Under the pieces are notes generated by a model, which worked only from the letters and a program-made list of their open reading frames with translations, was not told the DNA's origin and searched no databases. From Octopus vulgaris (lineage: Eukaryota), in NCBI GenBank assembly GCA_951406725.2, contig OX597826.1, positions 68,572,001 to 68,636,000 of the forward strand: a DNA stretch of 64,000 nt, read 5' to 3'. The translations under genes were made by a program, and so were the position numbers. Shown one piece after another: positions 56,939 through 64,000 of this stretch (the first letter of the stretch is position 1; each line of letters starts with the position of its first letter).

Positions 56939-57479
56939 GTGTGTTTGTGGGAGAGAGTTTGTGTGTGTGTGTTTGTTTATTTATGTGCATGTCTTTGTAT
57001 GTACATGTGTATATGTGTGTACGTTTGAATGTATGCATAACTATGATTAATAGCTCTTTTCGCGAAAATCTATACACTACAGGTAGACACCCGATCTATT
57101 CGTAAATACTAATCGTCAGGCATTTATTTTTCCTCAGAAAACCTGCTGTAGCTAAGAATACGATTAAATAGAAAATGCAACACACGCCTCTAATTTCTCA
57201 GCAGAGATCTCATGTTGCCTTGTTGTCTTGTACGTTGATAAATAACATGTGCAATCTCCATAGCAGTAAATATCTGTCAATGATAAATTCTTTCTTCTTC
57301 CGCAGACATGGCTATCTGCAGCTTAAATAAAGTGTTCTCTGATGATGCCTTGTGGTTGACGATCTACATACATTTGGAACTATTATCGTTGGATTCCAAA
57401 CGACCGTGATTATTAAGTGTACGTACGAACTATAATATAAGCTTGGTCTTGTCCGCAATTCTTTCTTCTAAAAAAGCTC

Positions 57480-57905
57480 GAAATTTGAGGGTAAGGATCT
57501 TGTTGAGAAACACATCGCCAGTACCCAAAAGTTACTTAATTTAATGTCCCAGAAAGTTAAACTCGATCTCGGCGTTAGTTTGAACTCAGAACGAAAATAA
57601 ACGGAAGAAATTCTGTTAAGAATTTCGTTCTGCTTGGTAACGATTCTGATAGCTCGTTACCTTATATCTATCTCTAATAAAGTGAAAATTGTTAGATATC
57701 CGAAAAGAAACGAGCAGACGATACCGGGCAAAATTCTTATCGATATTTCTTTAGGGTATACGTTCTGAGTTCAAATTCCGTCGAGATTGACTCTGTTTTC
57801 TATCTCTTCAGGATCAATAAGATAAATATCAGTTGAGCACAGGGGTCACTGTAGTCGACTTACCCACTTCCCCTAAGTAGCAGGAATTGTGCCAAAATTT
57901 GTGAT
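57480..57905. mobile_element. Two degenerate SINE family 1 copies, head to head
   Basis: TTGAACTCAGAACG(-) and CGTTCTGAGTTCAAATTCCG(+). Confidence 0.65.
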
Positions 57906-58223
57906 CAATATTTCAGACTAAAATTTGAGATCAATGCCCTCTAGCGATCTAATGGAATATATATACAGGTTTCACTACAAAGCAAAGACGTTGTCACATA
58001 TCGTTGAATTCAATTACAAGCTAATACAGCATGCAGTGCACATGTACACATTTAATAACTTAATGTCCACATCCGTTCGTATATAAACAGAAAAATTATC
58101 AAATATCGTCATATAACTCGAATACAAACCCACACACGAGTCTGCAATTACGTTTGTGGATGATATATAGGAACAAATAAATTAATTAAAATAAGATGTA
58201 ATGTAATACACAGGCAGTTAAAC

Positions 58224-58264
<41 letters not shown>

Positions 58265-58319
58265 TATGGATGAATGGATTTCTAGACATATGTACACAGT
58301 ACACAGGCAGTTTAACATG

Positions 58320-58382
<63 letters not shown>

Positions 58383-59414
58383 GCATCATCACTAGCTACG
58401 CTGATGACACAAAACTATCTCAGGTAATAAAGAGTCCTGATGATGTCATAATCCTGCAGAATGACCTAAATGCAATATACAAGTGGGCAGGGCAAAATAA
58501 TATGCGGTTCAATGCTAAAAAAAATTCAATGCGCTACGAGGTCACAAGTGCCCCTCCCCCCCTCTAACTGGCATACGCAGTATCTGGAGATACTGTAATC
58601 CCAGAACCACAAACAGGGAGATACCTGGGCATCAGCATGGGTAGTGAAGCATTATTTCACATGCACATTGTCAGGTTGACAGCAAAGTGCAGACAACTGG
58701 CAGGGTGGATACTGAGGACATTCAGAACAAGGGATCAAAAAGTCGTGTTGACTCTATGGAAGACATTTGTTCTGAGCCGCCCAGACTATTGCTCTCAGTT
58801 GTGGTTACCTCACAGTGTCAAGCTGACAGCAGAACTCGAGGCAATTCAGCGTCACTATAAAAAAAGATCGCCACAGTCCAGCAGATGAAGTACAGGGAGC
58901 GACTGAAGGCACAAAGTCTCTACTCAATGGAGCGCAGGCGGGAGAGATATGTAATAATTTACATATGGAAAATACTGGAAGGACTGGTACCAAACTTTGA
59001 CATCAGGTACTACACGGATACCCGCACAGGTCGCCACTGCATAGTACCAAGGGTACCGTCCACTGCATCTCATATAAGAACAAGGTATTGCAACAGCCTC
59101 GGTTTCAGAGGACCTCAGCTCTTTAATGCCCTGCCAAAAGAATTGAGTGACCTGCAAGACATGGATATAGAAGTCTTCAAAACAAACTCGACGCTTTCCT
59201 ATCCACGATACCAGACGAACTGATGACTTGAAATGAGACATAGTTGAGGGCAGCGATGTCAAATTCTGTTATACACCAGATATGCCATCGAAAATCTTGA
59301 CTGGACTACATCAGGTGGTGGAGAAGAGCCATGCAAGGAACATTCAAAGAGCACAGCATAAGGAGGGAGAGTCATGGTGGTACTCCAGCATGACCGCAGC
59401 CACTTGGCTGAAAC
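58383..59414 (+). mobile_element. Second CR1-group LINE 3' fragment (different family)
   Basis: SYADDTKL..LQNDL..W..NNMRFNAKK, GWILRTFRTRD, DYCSQLW, YRERLK..LYSMERRRERY; frameshifted; flanked by (TA)n. Confidence 0.88.
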
Positions 59415-59416
59415 GA

Positions 59417-59454
<38 letters not shown>

Positions 59455-60009
59455 CTGTCTGTCTGTCTGTCTGTTTGTATATATATATAATTGGAAAATG
59501 GAATAAAACCAAGTAGTTAGCGTGAAAAACCTCATAAGGGAAAAATCCATCAATTATTCCTCTTATATATATTTATACGGTAGTTTTGACTTTAAGGGTT
59601 CCTCTTAGCGTGAGGCATTTTTGTATAGTAATGCCCTTAATATATATATACATATATATATATATAAACGAAAAAAACCCTAGAGAAACGAGACATACAA
59701 CATAAAGAATATACTCCTTCTTCAGTTGTCCCTGTTTCATCTACTCCGCATGACGAAGGTAAGGGCAAGACGCGACTTCGTCGAAACATTCCTTCCCGCA
59801 ATGTAAATTAAATAAAATTTGGGATTTTTTGCGGAGGGTGAAAGTGGTAACAAAAACAGGACAGTGAGAACAAAACATTAAAAAATTAAAAACAAAAAGA
59901 AAACAGTAAAACACAGAACAATGAGAACAACACAGTAGATAGATAGATGGATGGATATATAAATATATATACATGTATAGAGAGAGAGAGCGGGGAGAGC
60001 GATATGAAT

Positions 60010-60041
<32 letters not shown>

Positions 60042-60587
60042 TCATGCAAATCTTATATAACTATTTACCCCCACATACTGCTATATGCAACGGTCTATCC
60101 CCGTGATTTCTCCTGTTAGGTCTCAACACTCATGAACACTTCTGCCTCTAATGTTAACAATACTCGTAAATTACATACAAGCCATCATAGACATGCTCCA
60201 AAATGTAATTGCATTGATGCTCATGCACGGACGAGAACACACACAGGCACACACACAGAGTCACACACAGCCCAAACACACCCTCTCATATTTATAGGCA
60301 TGCATTCCCATGTAGCTTCATATCATTACTCGTTCAAAAAACCAAGGTTATGCTAAAACAGGATCCTTTGCATCCTCGCAAGTTGTTACTTGTTAGCATT
60401 TAAAAACGTGATCTCATGATTGCCGAAGTAGTTTTAAACTACTCAGGATTCTATGGGACTAAATATTGTATACAAATGGATATATATATATATATATATA
60501 TACTCGCGTATATACACAACGCTAAATGCAAAGTATGACACATACTGACACAATAGAACTCAGTCACGATCATATATATGCAAATAT

Positions 60588-60662
<75 letters not shown>

Positions 60663-60706
60663 CACACATACATATATACGTAATATATATTCTATATAAT
60701 TCCATG

Positions 60707-60737
<31 letters not shown>

Positions 60738-60949
60738 GCATGTATAACTATAGAATAGCTGCATATGAGTACATGCATATATACATGATACTGCATACAC
60801 ATACTTATACATATATACATACCTACACATGCGCACGCTGATATATACATATATATATATATATATTTCTGAATGAATGCATCGCACAAAGAGATAGAGA
60901 TTATCAAAGACTCAAACTTTCACTTTCGCATAAAAGAAAATGCAGAAAA

Positions 60950-61054
60950 TCATCATCATCATCATCATTATCATCATCATAACCATCATTATCATTGTCG
61001 TCGTCGTCCTCCCCCTCATCATCATCATCATTATCATCATCCCCTTCATCATCG

Positions 61055-61086
<32 letters not shown>

Positions 61087-61460
61087 GTCATCATCATTTT
61101 CATCATCATCTTCATCACCATCATCATTTTCCGCAGCAACAACTACAACATCAGCAGCAAAAGCAAGGCAGCAAAAAGCAAAAAAAACAAGAAAAAACAA
61201 CAAACACACAAACAATACGAGTAGCAACTGTAACACAAGTAGCATTAATAATAAGAGAAGAGAAAGAAGAAGCGAGAAGTAAAAGAAATTCCAGAAAAAC
61301 AACAAAAAAAAATGCAAGGAAAAACATTAGAAGAAAGTTAACCGCCGCCACCACCGCCACCACCGCCACCACCGCCACCTCACTCTCGAAAAAGAAAAAA
61401 AGAAGAAAATTTGCGAAAACAACAAAAAAAAAAGAAGAAAAAAAAAGGAGTAACAGAAAC
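60950..61460. repeat. (CAT)n and A-rich low-complexity tract
   Basis: Seen directly. Confidence 0.9.
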
Positions 61461-62519
61461 TGATAAAAGCGAAATTGATTATTGATTGATCTCTCTGACG
61501 GAATAATCGATACTGTAAAAATACAAAGATTTTGGTGTATTGACCAATCAGTACAGACAGATCATTATGTTACAGGAGTCTGAATAAACACACATCTTTG
61601 TATACACACGCACTCTTATATACATATGTGTATAGGCGTATACATATAAATATATATACGCATAGAGACTAGTATTCACACACATACACACACACACACA
61701 CTAACACACATTCACATAATATATTTATGTATAAATGTATGTATGTGGGCGTATTTATGTACATCCATATAAGAATCTATGTTCGTACACAAATAGACAC
61801 GCGCGCATTTACATACCTATTTAGATATATATAGTTATATACATTTATATGTATGTATATGCATACACGCACATACACTCACACATACATACAATCTACA
61901 ATATATATATATGTACATATATATATATACATATGTATCTACAATATATGATATATATATATATATATAACATATATATACACAATATATGATATATATA
62001 TATGTGCATATATATATATATACATATATATATATGTATACGAGCACACAATAGTCTAGTAGATAGATTATCCTCTCCCTTCTCCTCCCAAATTCACTCC
62101 AAACCATCAACAACACCTCCCCCACCAGCCATCCACCCCCACCACGTATCCCTCACATTCAACATTATATAATACATACGCGTGTTTTTAAATTGACTAT
62201 ATAACCAAAAATATAATAGAAAATAATAGAAACGAAAATGAAATTATAATAAAATGATAATAAAATAACAGTAAAAATAATAAAACATAACGAAAAGAGT
62301 CACAACAACCAATAAAAAGCAACAAAACAATATAAAGACAACAAAAACAGCCATAACAACCAATAAAAGTAGCCATTTTGAAAGTAGAAAAGAACTGATA
62401 GATTTCGCTATTTTTAAATGACCCTAAAAATAATTGATGGCGGTTTTGAAATTAGTAAATTGATAAAGCATGGCTGATTCTATGAATGGTATATGAGGAA
62501 TAATGGGACTTTAAATAGC

Positions 62520-62878
62520 ACTACCAGCATTATCATCTTCATCACCATCATCATCATCGCGACCACCACTACCATCACAACCACCACCACCACCACCACC
62601 ACCACCACCACCACCGTCGCTACTACCACCACCACTACCGACATTACCTCCACTGGCAGCATCGTTATCATCATCATCATCATCATCATCATCATACTCA
62701 TCATTATCATGAGTAACATCAGCATCACCATCGTCGTCGTCGTCGTCGTGATCATCAGAACAATACGATCGCTGTTATTGTTAAAGTCATTGTGGTCGTC
62801 ATGACTATTACATTCGCAGGGATCTGTACAATGACCTGGTGATGGAAATGATGAGGATGATGATGGTGGTGGTGGTGG

Positions 62879-62939
<61 letters not shown>

Positions 62940-62975
62940 GGTAGTGATGGTGGTGGTGGTAATGATGATGATAAC
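62520..62975. repeat. (CAT)/(ACC)/(GAT) trinucleotide mosaic
   Basis: Seen directly. Confidence 0.9.
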
Positions 62976-63139
62976 AAAGATTCGTTTCATAAGCCACAAA
63001 GATGAAAGGGACATCACAAGTATGGCAATCCACGTGAGTGGGGATTTACATTAAGGTTGGAGAGAGGAAAAAAGAAATGGAAAAGCAGGGAAATGGGATA
63101 GAAGTATACATAATATATATAGTATGTGGCAACATGAGA

Positions 63140-63920
63140 GATGCACACCTCCTCATACAGGAGAAACTCCATCTAGGGTCTATTCAAGGAACCCTGCTTA
63201 TCCATGATTATCCTAAACACCAAAGACACGAGCCATCTCCCAGCTGTTGTTCTTCAGTCTATAGGCGCATGATTAGATTAGGGTCATCCACGCTAACCCT
63301 TTTTGCCGCGGTCACTTATCTTTTCACAAATTTACTTTGACGTGGCACTTCCCTCCTCGCCCTCAATTAACTTTCCAAATGAAGCTTAATAGGTCGACGA
63401 AGGTGTCTTTTCTCAAATGTTTTAGCCCTGTTCAGCATATAATTCTCTTTCGCCCTAGCCACTAGATTGATAAACACTGCCTGCCCTGAATTGTTCATGG
63501 TGGTCTGTTGGTTGATACTTAAAATGGAGACGGTAAATAGTCCGATTCATCTCACACTCGATAAAAGCCGTTTGACATAATTACATTAGTCAGCAATAAT
63601 CAGTCAATCATCGTTAGTTATTCTCCGAGGACGACATCGCTTTTACCCACCACAAGATTTCTATACATTGCTACCGTATATCTTCCACGAACCGCACTGC
63701 CCAATTGGCAGGGAGCAATCACTACCTGAAGATTTTCCAGATGTCAGGAACCTAACTTGGTCTTTTCTTATCCATGATTGCATTTTCACCAAAGAGACGA
63801 TCTGCGGAACAACGTGTCATACAGAGACCAAACCAGTTCACCGTCCATGAAAATCTGTGTGACGTATCTGCGTATTAGAAGCCTTGACATGCCACATCCG
63901 CCATACAGAAACTGCTGGCA
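63140..63920 (+). mobile_element. Possible degenerate RTE-like RT remnant
   Basis: GRRRCLFSNVLALFSI (resembles GVRQGC.LAP.LFSI) followed by LFSEDDIAF (resembles LFADD). Confidence 0.35.
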
Positions 63921-64000
63921 ACAGGTTCAACGCCGGACAAGTGCAATGTGTTCTTTCCACAGAAAGCGGAGATGTAAACGTTCAAGCTCCGCAAAACGTG

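Noticed and set aside
60873-61463. His-rich and Lys-rich 196-aa ORF
   Set aside because: Read-through of (CAT)n and A-rich low-complexity sequence.

Overview
This is AT-rich, repeat-saturated, non-genic eukaryotic DNA. The SINE families and extreme microsatellite density resemble an octopus (cephalopod) genome; this is an inference. No host gene can be supported, and nearly all ORF-track entries are microsatellite read-throughs. Identifiable content: three tRNA-derived SINE families, a decaying CR1-group LINE RT (33.2-35.0 kb) plus a second fragment (58.4-59.4 kb), old RTE-like remnants, a Penelope-like (PLE) GIY-YIG endonuclease remnant (39.2-39.7 kb), a fold-back mariner remnant, Helitron/HINE-like elements, a 51-bp minisatellite and local duplications. 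The most notable signal is a set of short elements, mostly embedded in (TA)n tracts, that carry hammerhead-ribozyme (HHR) folds. These include intact-core type I motifs at 25973-26055 and 49294-49344, a G3-C8 core-swapped variant at 35305-35354 and a possible type II permutation at 40301-40341. Three long head-to-head palindromes (12.2-13.0, 35.15-35.44, 48.5-49.4 kb) each carry HHR-like motifs reading outward on both strands. All RNA folds were assigned by eye and are untested.
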